A model generated the notes under the pieces. The model did not search any database. It saw nothing but the letters and a program-made list of their open reading frames with translations, and was not told the origin of the DNA. A stretch of 64,000 nucleotides of DNA, taken from NCBI GenBank assembly GCA_022813865.1, contig JALDZX010000004.1:310001-374000 (forward strand), written 5' to 3'. Below are positions 23,716 through 36,012 of the stretch, piece by piece. This DNA is from Xylographa opegraphella. Its lineage: Eukaryota. How positions within the stretch are numbered: position 1 is the stretch's first letter; each line of letters begins with the position of its first letter. The position numbers were made by a program, and so were the translations under genes.

Positions 23716-24612
23716 GCTGTAGAGTATATCCTATATACAAACAGCCACGCACTCCTTACGTGATTCCGCTTGGTGGCCTTGTAGAATAGATAGAAAGTTC
23801 ACAAACTTGCTATGCTTTACTGTCAAGACTTCAACTTGGTATCCTTACATGCTCGCCCATAATGCGCTTGCTTGTGTTGTGTTGGCCTGTGGCTACCCTA
23901 TGATAGAAGAATCAAGATTTCGGACAGAATGAGTCCCTGACCAGTTGTGCATGGTAGGTAGTCGCCGAATGCAATATATATCCTGATTCTGTTCCACGCG
24001 AACCTTTCAGCTTAAGATGGTCATTTTCCGTTGACAGATCTAGTCAAAATCTTTTCACCTAGGCCGAACCCCCTTCCCCTATCATCCCCGACCCATTCAT
24101 GTAGTACCTGAAAACAAATTACTCGTGGATATGTAAATATTCCCACCTCCATCTCTCCTCCATCTCTCCTTCACAGTTACTTCTTAAAAGCCATAGACCC
24201 TGCGTATGTTGCAGAAGCCAAGCAAGATAGGATAATCAAAACACCAGCAGGAGTAGTGGAATCACTCGGCCCAAGCCTCACGTCTCTCACATCCAATAAC
24301 AACGAAAGAATCACTCGTTTCGACTGCCGTAACAATAGCCGATCGCCCAACCGCTAACAGCACATGAAACGAAGCCACTGAACAGGGCATCTATATAAGG
24401 AAGTGACGACAAGGATAAGCATTGATCTGAGCCGCACAGCGAAACATGTCAAACCCAGAATGGAGATAACAACAGGCCAACCGCTTCAGGCGATAGCGAC
24501 CGCCACTTATTGATAGTTGACCGGGTTTATTTGTTATATACATTGGGGTGTTTTGGGATAAGTTGACCACATTCGGGGTATCCTACATTTAAGAGTAATT
24601 TTCCGATGAAAT

Positions 24613-24652
24613 CTACTACTACTACTACTACTACTACTACTATTACTACTAC
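24613..24652. repeat. (CTA)n microsatellite, about 13 units with one interruption
   Basis: Read directly. Confidence 0.95.
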
Positions 24653-24758
24653 AGAAACATTTCGGAATTTTTGTCAACTCAGCAAACAATTAGTGCATAC
24701 ACTCCTTCAATCCTAAATCTATGTATAGACTCAAATACGACCATCTCATGTCCTCATC

Positions 24759-26182
24759 ATGGCTCATATGGGTCGCTGGGTGAGAAATGTATTGACCCAT
24801 TCTGCTTCGTCCCCGCGAAAATTCCCGAACAGCGGATTCAAAGTGGTCAGCGCTGTCGAGAAGCTGGAGGAGGAGAACTGGGAATGGTACAAACCCGGCC
24901 TTTTCTATCCCGTCCGGATCTGTGAAGTCTTCCAATCGCGGTACCAAGTGCTGGGAAAATTGGGATATGGTTCACGCTCGACCGCATGGCTTTGTCGCGA
25001 TCTCAGGTGGGTGCAGCAGTGTCATCAGGCTCGCTCACCACTAAGTAATTAATACTAGAGGACACAAATACGTGGCTTTGAAAGTATGTGAGCGGGATTC
25101 TCCAACCATTCGCCGCGAGCTTGCCGCCTACAGTCATCTTGACACGATTACGACGAGCAATCCAGGCGCGTTACTGGTGCGGGAGCTTCTTGATTCTTTC
25201 AAAGCTACAGGGCCAGCTGGTGAATATCAGTGTCTGGTTCATGAGCCTCTGGGCATGAGCATGGAGACGCTCCGGCAGCTGAGCCCGGGACGAAAGGTCC
25301 CCGAGAATCTTCTCAAAGTCTTCCTAATCCATCTACTGCAAGCTCTCGACTTTTTGCACACGGATGCCAAAATGATTCACGCAGGTATTATGCATTTTGC
25401 TTGAGCTCTTGGTCTTGAATCCCGTCATGCGCCGCCGGCATCGTGCTACCGGCACTGCCAGATTTGCAAGCGAGAAACGTCCATCTCAAGATCGAGGACG
25501 ACTCGATCCTTGAGGAATTTGAAGCGGCCGAGCTAAGAACCCCGAGTCCTCGCAAAATTGATGGAGATCGGGTGATCTACGAGTCTCGGGGGCTCAAGCG
25601 GCCCAAAAGACCCGGTCGCCCAGTACTTTGCGACTTCGGCGAGGCCCGCTTTGGAAACGCGAGTTACACGGATGATATTCAACCGTACGTCTATCGAGCA
25701 GCAGAGATCATCCTTGATATCCCTTGGACGTACAGCGCGGATATATGGAACGTGGGAGTCATGGTGAGTGCGTCCAATGCGAATATTTAGTGTTTCCTTG
25801 CGCAACTAATTTCGTCCCGTTCTAAAATGGCCTCCATCAATAGATCTGGGACATTTTCAAGAACAAGCACCTGTTCAACGCCCAAGATGGCAACAGCGAA
25901 GGCTCAAGCCTGCACCACATGGCCGAAATGGTTGCCGTGCTGGGACTGCCTCCACTAAATTACCTTCAGCGTACTGAGACATCGTGGAAGTACTTCGACG
26001 GTAGTGGCAACTGGAAGGGCGCGGTCGAAATACCATATATCTCCTTAGAGGGCTCCGAAGAACAGCTGGCCGGCGAGAACAAGGCTTTGTTTTTGGACTT
26101 TATGAGGAAGATGTTGCAGTGGGTAGCGGAGCAGAGACAGACTGCAAAACAGCTGCTGGACCACTCATGGCTAAGCAAATGA
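24759..26182 (+). CDS. SRPK-like (CMGC) protein kinase; exons 24759-25006, 25059-25384, 25462-25763, 25844-26182
   Basis: YKPGLFYPV, KLGYGSRSTAWLCRD, YVALK, HADLQARN, LCDFGEA, IQPYVYRAAE, ADIWNVG. Three canonical introns join in frame. Confidence 0.9.
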
Positions 26183-27046
26183 AGTGAAAGATCGACACCG
26201 CTAGTGACCTTATACGACGTTGGTCGACCACGATCGTTTCCAGATATTAATGTGATAAGCATCATCCCACTTTCTATGTGTTCCACGAAGAGAATGAATA
26301 AGGATATCTCGTGTACAGGGAGTACTTGTTTTCCGGAGGATAGCTTCGACACAGCCGACAACGATCAGAGCGGTTGAGCAACTCAATTTTGATTGGGGTT
26401 TGAGTTGTTTCGGTGTCCAAGTCTAGTTAGCTTTCGTTTGGCGGCGTACAAATCGGGCTATACCAGGGTTCGAAATGAAAACTACAGGATTTGGTATTTT
26501 CATTAAGTTTCTTTGAAACCATTTTGAGTTCCATATTAAGGATCACTTTCGGCTAGTCAACTTGTGTTCGCTAACTCCTGACCCTGTGAGATCTCCCTCC
26601 CGCTGGGGAGACTTCAGCATGATAATCAAAAGTTAGTACCATGGTAACTGGTGTAGAAATCCGGCCATGTGTTATCCGAATTTTGTCGCGCCCCCAAAGC
26701 CGTCTGAAATACCTAACCTGCCCCTACCAAGTTTCGGGGTACGGGCGTTGCTCGCGTGCGGCTCGGCTCAACCCTGCTGCCAACGGTCGGACTAAAACTC
26801 TCCGCCGCTCCCGAGTTCCAAGTGGACAAGCATCGATACGGCCGACGGCGATACGTGAACGGTTTCGCAAGTTCGCTACCGCAAAATGGGTTTGACGGGT
26901 AGGCAATGTATAATAAGAGCAACGTGCGCTCGAGTAGCGATTCCCAATCATCATCTCCACCTGTCTTTCATCCAGCAACTCTATCGATCTCCACGAAACC
27001 AGCTTCAAAAGCCCCCAGTACCTCTGAAACGCACTTTATACCTACA

Positions 27047-27943
27047 ATGTCTTCCCCAAAAACCATTCTGATCACGGGTGCCACCGGCAAGCAAGGCGGC
27101 GCCGTGATCGCCAACCTGCTCGCCGCGCAAGACGCCCATCCGCTGCACATCATCGGCGTGACCCGCTCCAAAGCTTCGCGAGGCGCGCAGGCGCTGGCCA
27201 AAAACCCCAAAGTCTCCCTAGTAGAAGGCGACCTCGACGACCCGACCGCCATCTTCCAGCAAACCGGCCCCGTCTGGGGCATCTTCAGCGTGCAGCTCAA
27301 CACCGACGCGGAAGAGACCCAAGGCAAGGCCCTCATCGACGCCGCGATCGCCAACGGCGTCCGGCACTTCGTCTACACGTCCGGCGACCGCGGCGGGCCC
27401 ATCAAGTCGCCCGTCGACCCCACCAACGTGAAGAACTTCGCGGCCAAGTACAAAATCGAGAAGCACCTCGAGAAGCAAGCCGCGGTGAGCCCGCAGGACA
27501 TGACGTACACCATCCTGCGGCCCGTCACGTTCTTCGAAAACCTGACGCCCGATATCCACGGCAAAGGGTTCGCGCGCATGTGGCAGCAGATCAGTCCGAA
27601 GAAACTCCAGATGGTGGCGACCAAAGACATCGGCTGGTTCGGCGCCAACGCCTTTTTGCACCCGGAGGAGAACCGCAATCGTGCGTGGACGATCGCGGGT
27701 GATGAGCTGACGCAGGAAGAGGCCGATGCCATCTTCAAGGAGGTTATGGGCACTTCGATGGGAATCGCACCGTGCGTGGTGGGTAAGGGATTGAAGTTTG
27801 CGATGAAGGACACTTTGGGTGCCATGTTTCAGTGGTTCAAGGATGTTGGGTACGGTGCTGATATTGCAGAATGCCGGCGGATTCATCCTGAAATGCAGGA
27901 CTATCGAACCTGGCTCTTGACGAGTAGTCCGTTCGTGAAGTGA
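27047..27943 (+). CDS. NmrA-like NAD(P)-binding protein
   Basis: ILITGATGKQGGAV Rossmann motif, QGKALIDAA, HFVYTS, TILRPVTFFENL. ATG 27047 preferred to the upstream ORF start. Confidence 0.9.
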   Translation: MSSPKTILITGATGKQGGAVIANLLAAQDAHPLHIIGVTRSKASRGAQALAKNPKVSLVEGDLDDPTAIFQQTGPVWGIFSVQLNTDAEETQGKALIDAAIANGVRHFVYTSGDRGGPIKSPVDPTNVKNFAAKYKIEKHLEKQAAVSPQDMTYTILRPVTFFENLTPDIHGKGFARMWQQISPKKLQMVATKDIGWFGANAFLHPEENRNRAWTIAGDELTQEEADAIFKEVMGTSMGIAPCVVGKGLKFAMKDTLGAMFQWFKDVGYGADIAECRRIHPEMQDYRTWLLTSSPFVK

Positions 27944-28122
27944 TGAAGACGGATGAGAGAAAAAAGACTCTAGTATTGCCTCGACTTACGAACAGTTCCG
28001 CTTTGTCAATCTATGGGAAAAGATAGTTACAATCACTATGATTTTCATGACTTACTATATCAATGTCAGTACGCTGAATCGAAGTGTAGGAATGCTCGTC
28101 ATTCTTTATCTTCCGTCGTCAT

Positions 28123-31100
28123 CTAGCGCTTCAACGTCTTCTGCTTCTCTGCATCTTTGACCATCTTTCTCCCTGTAACCATCAAACCTTTCCTTGCCCT
28201 TACTTTGTCCATATGTCCTTTTGCAACATTCTCCTTGTCCGCTAGCTCCCCAAGATCCTCAAGCTCCTCTTCAGTGCTTGGCACCCAGAATGGGTCTTCG
28301 TCCAACATCTCAAATCCGTGGAAGCGAAGCTGTGGCGAGGCGGCGCCAGATGTACGTTTGCGGATCTCATCGCTAAAGCCGAACGACGAGGCTACGGGTA
28401 GGAGCGCACTGATGGTGAAGAAAGGGGTCCCTTCTTTAAGTGATTCGGATAATATACGACCATGGCGGCGAGTAATGACTGCATAAACACGTCCAAGAAC
28501 CTCAGCTGTTACACGTTCAGAAGTCAGCAATGCGCCTTGTTTCCCTTCCGCGAATGCCCCTTTTTAAATATGTCACAAGTGCTGGAAAACAAAGTAACCA
28601 AACACGGGTTATACATTGTTTTTCAAATCGATCCGCAGAGTGAGACTTACTAGATGCTTGGACCTCGCAGCTATACATGGCGAGAAGTAGACGTGGGCTC
28701 CAGTCAAGAAAGCCTTGTTGAATGGAGTCGCGAACGGTTTTGATTACTTCGCCTGTTAACCGACCAAGGTTATCTCTTCCGGAAGCATCTTCATCGGCTA
28801 CACTAGCCACAGTGACATCCTCTAGAAAGACGGCAATCCCTCGAATGGGCTCGTGACACAGAGGTCCTTGTGCTGTGGCAAGTTGGAAGGCGTAGGATAT
28901 CTTGTCCGAAAACGCTTCAGGGCTAAGGGTAGACGATGAGGAATTGTCCAAACCGCGATCCGCTTCCTGGGTCGTTTCCTGTGTTTCTTGGAGACTATAA
29001 GGAGTGATGTGTCAGTTCTGTCAGCCCGAATACAACGGTAGTGTATACCTACAATCTACGGCAGATTCTGCTCTGTGTGTGGTCAATCAAAAGATTAGGC
29101 CCGGTCCTTCTCGGACCAAACGCTGTAATGTCATCAACCACGTCTGGCCAATAATCTTGTTGTTCTTCTGCCTCATGAAAGGCATCCGTCAGTTCTCTTT
29201 TGAAGTCTGCGATTGATAAATGATTTACGTTTCCAGCATTATCGTCAGAAGATCCGTCAACGTCTATCATCTCGTCTCTCGATTCGTCCGCACCACGTGA
29301 CTCCTCTGCGGCTTTTATCTCAGCGTAAAATCTTCTAGTTGCTCCGATGTTCTTCTCCAGGTATTCGGTGACCGAGACCGGTAAAGGTCGTACTCGTATC
29401 CTCACGGAAATTTGCTTCGATGTTGTGACTCCAAGTACACTTCCTCGCGGGGTATCCTTGGTTTTCACCGGACCCATCTCCAAGGTACTTACTATGGTTT
29501 CCCGATACGGTACAATAGGCTCACCAGCCTGAATTTCACATCTCGCAAACCTCTCTCGAAGGTCCTTCAAACAGCGTTCCAGATGTAGCTCTCCCGCCGT
29601 AACAATAACATGCTCTCCGCTTTCTAGGACCTCGTACTGCGCGCAAGGATCACTTTGCTCGAGCATGCGCATTCCCTCGATCATCTTATTGAGATCGCTC
29701 GGATTAACAGGCTCCAATGCAACCCGAACAATGGGCTCACTGCCCATGCTTACCCCAGCGAGATTGACGCTCCCATCAAGCTGGCTGCATAGGGTGCCAG
29801 ACTTAAGAATATGACCTTCGAGACCGCCAATACCAAACACGACGCCCGCAGGAACCGAAACGAGCGGCTCCAAGCCTCGGCCCATGAGCAGGTATAGGGC
29901 CGTTATCGTAACCTTTTGTGGTTCAGGAGCGGCGCGAGGACTGGCGGGAGAGAACTTGGGAGGCAATACGTAAATTGAGTCTCCAACTGTTAGTGTGCCG
30001 GAGTAAAGTCGAGCGAAGCCGATGAGATGCTCTGCATCTTCTTTCTGCTCTATTCCTGATCCGTTCGTCCCCTCATCCCCTTGTAGATTCGTGCTTGCAA
30101 AGGTTCCTGTAATACCATTTAATCCTTCCATTTGCTCTTCATTTGAGGCAGCTTGCGCTTTGGCGATTTCAGCTCGCTTCTTTCGAGCCATATCACGAGC
30201 TTCTTCGGCGGTCAACATCCCGCCACGCCTTTTGTTCTGTGGAAGTTCACTGGTTGGCACAGCCACCATCTTACTAACGAAAGCGACAATAGGATCACTG
30301 TTAGCTGTTTTAAAGTTGATCATTGCGTCTCGAACCAATGGATCAATATAGCTTGCTCCCGGAGACGCATCTATCAAAGCAGGAAGACGGCTAGATTGAG
30401 CATCTGGCGGGGCAGGTAGTTGCTCGATGACCGAGACCAGGAGTGCAGTTGATAAAGGGAGCCAAGCCGCGAAAAGGGTAGTCAACAGGGCACGAGTATC
30501 GCGAGACCGGAGAATATGCGGTGGTATTGTGAGGGATAGCGACTTCGTGATTTTTTCCACCATTCCCGGATCACTAGAATTTGGAAGGGCTTGTTAGCTG
30601 GACCATTTTATTCACTTGATGCTCGGCAAAGTCTCCACGTACCCTTTTCCCTTGACACCCCCGGTGGTAGCTTCATATACTGCCCAAATGTTATCTAGGA
30701 CCAGTTGAACAAACATAGGCTTCAGTGCTCGGCCTTTCAGATGCTTGGAGCTCAAGACTCTCTTGGTCTTAGGGTCGAGATAGTAGTCGCCCCATAGTAC
30801 CTTCTCCAGAATAGAGCGCTTGATGCCTAACTTTTTCTCGTATAAGGTTGCGAACTGCCGAACGGTGAATGCCCACCCGTCAATTGCACTGCTGAAGATG
30901 ACATTGTTGTTTTCTGGGGCGAAATAGAGGTCCTCATCATCTCTTTCTTCAAATTCTCCGTGTGTACTAGCAGTAGCCTCGCTGGCAATATCGTCATCAT
31001 TTACTCCGTTGACAGCGTCAGCTCTCCTTTGCAGCATTTTCTCTTGCTCTTTCGCTGCCGCTGCCGCAACCCTTTCCTCAACTCTCTCCCTCCACTGTAG

Positions 31101-31804
31101 ATCTTCTTCCATCCGCTCGCCTTGGAAGAAGCTACCAAGAACGGCATTGACTTGCTCAAGTAGTTTCCCCATGTGTATATATGCTTCTCCGGGACTCATC
31201 TTCAACTCTGTTACCAACCGATCTATCTTGTTGATTACCAATATTGGCTTCAGATGCTCAATCCATGTCTGACGTAGGACTGTCACGGTCTGGCTACATA
31301 CACCCTCTACGGAATCAACAAGAACAATGGCTCCGTCACAGAGACGCGAGGCAGTGGAAACTTCACTACTGAAGTCGACATGTCCTGGCGAGTCAATGAG
31401 GTTGATCAAGTAGTCCTTTTGCACAGGCTGTTCCTCTGAGGCCGTGCGTCTTGTCATCGAAAAACATAGGGAGATAGCCGAAGACTCCATGGTGATGCCG
31501 CGGAGTTGCTCATCCGGACGAGAGTCCAAATACCGGATCTTCCCTGCCAGCTTGGGAGAAATGATGCCATTGGTAGCAATAAGGGCGTCTGAAAGAGACG
31601 TTTTGCCATGGTCCTGGAGAATTAGGACCCAGTCCAGCAAGTAGGAAGACAATCGGAAATACTTACAACGTGAGCAAGAATACATATCTATCGGGATGAC
31701 GTTAGTAGAAATTCAGAACTATGATACCCCACTCCACGTACATTTCGAACGTCTTCTGCGTTCCGCTGAAGTGCTACAAGTTTGTCTGGGGTCACGACAG
31801 GCAT
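28123..31804 (-). CDS. RIA1: Ribosome maturation GTPase Ria1/Efl1 (EF-2-like); introns 31741-31688, 31666-31614, 30642-30574, 29052-28995, 28650-28506
   Basis: [78 protein letters not shown]. Confidence 0.95.
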
Positions 31805-32652
31805 TTTGGACAGAAAGAGATATGAGCATGCTTCAGTGTAATATTTACAAGGTGAAAGCCACGGGCAAACAAATGGGGCTAGAGCGTTGTACAAGGAAGA
31901 GATCCTCGGTATTCTAATACAAATATCTCGAAATATTATTCGGACGACTCAAGCAGCAATAGCCTCGATAATATCCCTTGTGCTCATAGCACTTTTTTGA
32001 CTCGTCAAGGCTCTTGAATTTTCGACACGTCATACGGTCTTTTGCAATGATAGGATAACACGTGATAAAAAGAATTACGGTTTTAGAGCCGAAGGCAATG
32101 ACTATGACGATACACGGTAGCTGGAATTAGATCAAGTCGTATCGGTTTTGCTGTTGAGAATTCAAACGATTGGGGTTTGCAGCGATCCTCGCACAATCAA
32201 CCGCCAGAAGAAGCCGGTAGGCGAGTCTCGACTTCCACACGACGGTTTCAGCCGATTGCGCAGTTTCAGCGCATTTAAGCTCATCCCTGCACACGCCTGT
32301 GACTTTTCTAGCTCGTTCCGGACCCGGCCTTCAAAGGTGGCGGACTGAAGCCGCAGAGAAAGCAACTGCGTGTGTGTCAGGGCGAAATGAGGGGAATGTC
32401 TGGGCCAGATCGACCATCCCCATCCATAAATGGCCTCGGTGGCAACTACCTCTTCTGCTCTCTCTCCGCTCCTTACGACTTCCGGATTTGCCAATTTAGC
32501 TTTCCACTCCGGCCCCAACTTGATACTCTAGACCCTGGTTCGCCAGCTTCGATTCCAACGCATTCACAAGCTGGTTCAACCTCAAGCACGTTGCCTTAGA
32601 AGTTCATACATCCTTTCGGAGCGGCTCCTGCTGCAAGTTGTCTAAAACCACA

Positions 32653-34035
32653 ATGGCCCAAGTTCTTCCTGTGCCCATCCGACAATCAAATCCGTCGCAG
32701 TCTCTCAATATCGTCAATAAGAAGCCACAATTACCGCCTACTTTGGTGACTCTACCCCAATCCGGTACTAGTATACGCAATGGACATCTTAATCTTGATG
32801 TATTTTCGCCAGTCAACCAAAACGGTAGTTTTGAATTCGACAAGGTGTTGAAAAGTGGCGAAGTCTACAAGCGGACCAGGAAAACAAGAGTCAGTGCATG
32901 GTATTTACTATTCAATACAAGTTATTTGCTAATCGATTCGAATCGCAGCAATGGAAGAGATACCACCTAGTACTACGTCCGAATCTTCTATCCATCTATA
33001 AGAGCCCGTCGGAGGAGAAGCTTCACAAGCAGATCAACCTATCGGACCTTACGGCGGTCGCATATCTCAAGGATCCCAAACACAGACGGCAAAATATCTT
33101 CGGGTTATTTTCCCCAGCAAAGAACTTTCATCTGCAAGCCAAGGACGAGAAGGATGCTCGGGACTGGGTAGAATTAATTAGATACGAGGCGCGAATCGAC
33201 GAACAAGAAGAGGAGATGACATACGGCAGTCCAGTGGTGCAAGTGAAAGACTACCAGAGCCTTACGCATGCCATGCGTGGCGTCGATGATAATGATGCAT
33301 GGGATCGTGAGCGATTCGGCTCAAGCTCCCCGGAACCTGCGGATCTTTCACGGCCTTCTACGACCCGAGACGGCGTCAGAATTCCCGGTACCGTGAAGCC
33401 ATCCCATCACGAGTTCGACTATTCAGGAAATGACCATGGCTCGTACTCTGACTTCTCCGATACTGCTCCAGCACGCACCTACGGCAACCTTTCAGTCTTG
33501 CCCTCCAATCCAGCTCTTCACGTCATCTCAAATGCGGCTACGAGCGTACCATCTACTATCTTGTCGGAACAACAACGACCCGGATTTACACGCAACCCAA
33601 GCGAATTAGGCGTGCACCAATCAGACAAGGATTCAGAGCGCGTAATCTGGCATGGCTACCTTCTTTGCTTGAAGTCAAAAGGGGGAGTCAGACAGTGGAA
33701 GAAGCTTTGGGTTGTGCTTCGGCCGAAAAACCTAGCCTTTTACAAGACCGAAGAAGTATGATTTATTTCACACCATTTGCTAGGATTTAGTTCTGACTTT
33801 GAAACAGGAATACTCTGCCCACCTCATTATCCCGCTCTCAAGTATCATCAGCGCTGTTGAGATTGACCCTGTGTCGAAAAGCAAGTCACATTGCATGCAA
33901 ATCATCGCAGAAGAGAAGAGCTTTCGCTTTTGCGCTCCAAACGAGGAGGCACTGGCCAGGTGGCTAGGGGCACTGAAGAGCCAGCTAGCACGAAGGAAGG
34001 AGAATAGTATAAACAGGAAAGCCATGGTAGAATGA
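32653..34035 (+). CDS. Tandem PH-domain protein (Opy1-like), two introns
   Basis: FSPVNQNGSFEFDKVLKSG, WKRYHLVLRPNLLSIYK, second PH domain GYLLCLKSKGGVRQWKKLWVVLR..LARWLGALK. Confidence 0.85.
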
Positions 34036-34553
34036 GGCGGGTAATGTATTAATGATTGATATGAATGTCTATGATGGAAGGAACATATCCACGCTCTCTG
34101 AGTATAAAAGTCTGCGATGTTCAATTATACCCTGGGAGTCTTCACTTGCTGCTAGAAGAATACCCACATCACCGACCGAGGTTAGGCACGGGGGCTCTGA
34201 GACTGTAGTGATATTGTAATTGTTTCGATATGAGAGGTACTAGCGTATCAAAGAGATTTAAGTACTGTCAGAGAATTGTCTCTAAATTGTTTCTATGCTT
34301 CATTGTGCTTGAGAGTTAGACTCCTGGTACGTAGGTCATACTACGTGCAACTATCTTGCATAACTAAGGAAGTCGTCAAATGCACAAAATTGTGTAGGGT
34401 AGGATATTTTGCACAAAACTTTTTGTACTCCAACATGCACAACCGTTCATCACGCAGAGCCACAACCTCTCCCGATTTCCCTTGCGCCGCTCCTGCATAG
34501 TCGAAGATCCAGCCTACGTTCACATCCCTTTGATCTCCGATCCCACCTCCACC

Positions 34554-35819
34554 ATGACCTCCCCCACCGACCTCAAAGAATACGCCACCTCCACCACCGA
34601 CTTCTACGCCCTGCTCTCCCTCCCGCCCACCTTCTCCGCGCAGGAACTCAACCGCGCATGGCGGCGCACGGCGCTGAAATACCACCCGGATAAAGTCGGC
34701 GCCGCCGACACGGCCGCGGCAGAGAAGTTCCACCTCGCGCAGATCGGCTTCGACATCTTCCAGGACCCGGCCATCAAGACCCTCTACGACAATGCGCGCC
34801 AGGCGCGGGAGCAGAAGGAGCGCGCGCGGAAGATGTTCGAGGGGGAGAGGAAGCGCATGCGCGAAGAGCTGGAGGGCAGGGAGGGGCGGGCCGGGTTCGC
34901 GAAGGGGGGAGCCGGGGCTGCTGGGGGGGTGGGCAAGAGGGGGAGGGAGGAGGAAGATTTTGAGCGCGAGCTGAGGAGGCTGGCGGAGGATGGCAAGAGG
35001 AGGCGCCGGGAGAGGGAGGAGGTCCTGCGTCAGGATCTGAGGGCTGAGCGGGAGGCGGAGGGGAATGGGACTGAGGGGCTACAGACACCGTGGAAAACGG
35101 CCACGGACTCCTCGACACCGCACCCTCCCGTCGTTACGCCTGTCGCCGAGCTCGATCGCAGCGTGAAGGTTCGCTGGATCCCAGCCGCCACGTCTTCCGC
35201 ATCGCCGCCGCCCATCGACAAGGACACCCTCGCCGCACTCTTCATCCGCTTCGGTAAGGTCGAGAGCGCGTTCCTGATGAAAACCAAGACGCAACGAACG
35301 GGGCCCTCGCGGGAGAAAAAACAAGTCGCCACAGGCGTGGTAGTCTTCACATCCGTGGTGGGCGCCCACACAGCAATCGAGGATGCCAAGAAGCAGGCAG
35401 GCCCCGAATGGAACTGCATCGAGAGCGTCACCTGGGCCGGGAACAAGGAGCCAGACTTCGTGGCCGAGATGAGAGGCAGCGTCTCCCCAGCGCCGCAAAC
35501 GCCTCTCCGAAAAAGCCCGGGCGACTTCCTCAACGGCGGAACACCAGCGGGGGGAGGAACACCACTGACGGCGGACAAGAGCAACATTAATAGCGGCGCG
35601 AAGGGCGACGGCCTCAGAAAAGTCCCCTCCTTTGCATCGTTCTCGTCCGCGGCCTTTAGCACACCGCAGGGCTCGCCGTTGGGGAAGGTGGGAAGCCCGA
35701 GCCTGGAGGAGATTACGATGATACGGCTGAAGGAGGCGGAGAAGAGGCGGCTCGAAGCTGAGATTGCGAGGGACGACGAGAGGGCGGATATGGGTCCGGG
35801 AGGGGAGCTCGGAGTCTAA
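34554..35819 (+). CDS. cwf23: Spliceosomal J-domain protein Cwf23/Cwc23 (DnaJ plus RRM-like domain)
   Basis: DFYALL..AWRRTALKYHPDK J-domain, charged coiled coil, ELDRSVKVRW..FGKVE RRM-like region, C-terminal SLEEITMIRLK. Confidence 0.82.
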   Translation: MTSPTDLKEYATSTTDFYALLSLPPTFSAQELNRAWRRTALKYHPDKVGAADTAAAEKFHLAQIGFDIFQDPAIKTLYDNARQAREQKERARKMFEGERKRMREELEGREGRAGFAKGGAGAAGGVGKRGREEEDFERELRRLAEDGKRRRREREEVLRQDLRAEREAEGNGTEGLQTPWKTATDSSTPHPPVVTPVAELDRSVKVRWIPAATSSASPPPIDKDTLAALFIRFGKVESAFLMKTKTQRTGPSREKKQVATGVVVFTSVVGAHTAIEDAKKQAGPEWNCIESVTWAGNKEPDFVAEMRGSVSPAPQTPLRKSPGDFLNGGTPAGGGTPLTADKSNINSGAKGDGLRKVPSFASFSSAAFSTPQGSPLGKVGSPSLEEITMIRLKEAEKRRLEAEIARDDERADMGPGGELGV

Positions 35820-35984
35820 TGGGAGAGAACGTCAAGGGGTCATTTATGCAACAGAGTTTTGAGGCCTGTTGTGCGGTGCATTATTGTGCTTGACAATAGC
35901 GTTTTTTTGTGGATATGGATACCCCCTTCGCGGCTGATTTCTACAGCTCTAGGTTTATATCAAGGAAGTTCCGTCTTTGTGCTC

Positions 35985-36012
35985 GTCTCATCGTGCATGT
36001 CTCATCGTGCAT
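35985..36012. repeat. 14-bp tandem duplication (GTCTCATCGTGCAT x2)
   Basis: Read directly. Confidence 0.85.

Noticed and set aside
24597..24671. Imperfect inverted repeat flanking the CTA microsatellite (MITE-like)
   Set aside because: Too short and mismatched, with no target-site duplication.
32126..32146. AGATCAAGT resembling U2 snRNA
   Set aside because: Lacks the GTAGTA branch-pairing sequence and the rest of U2.
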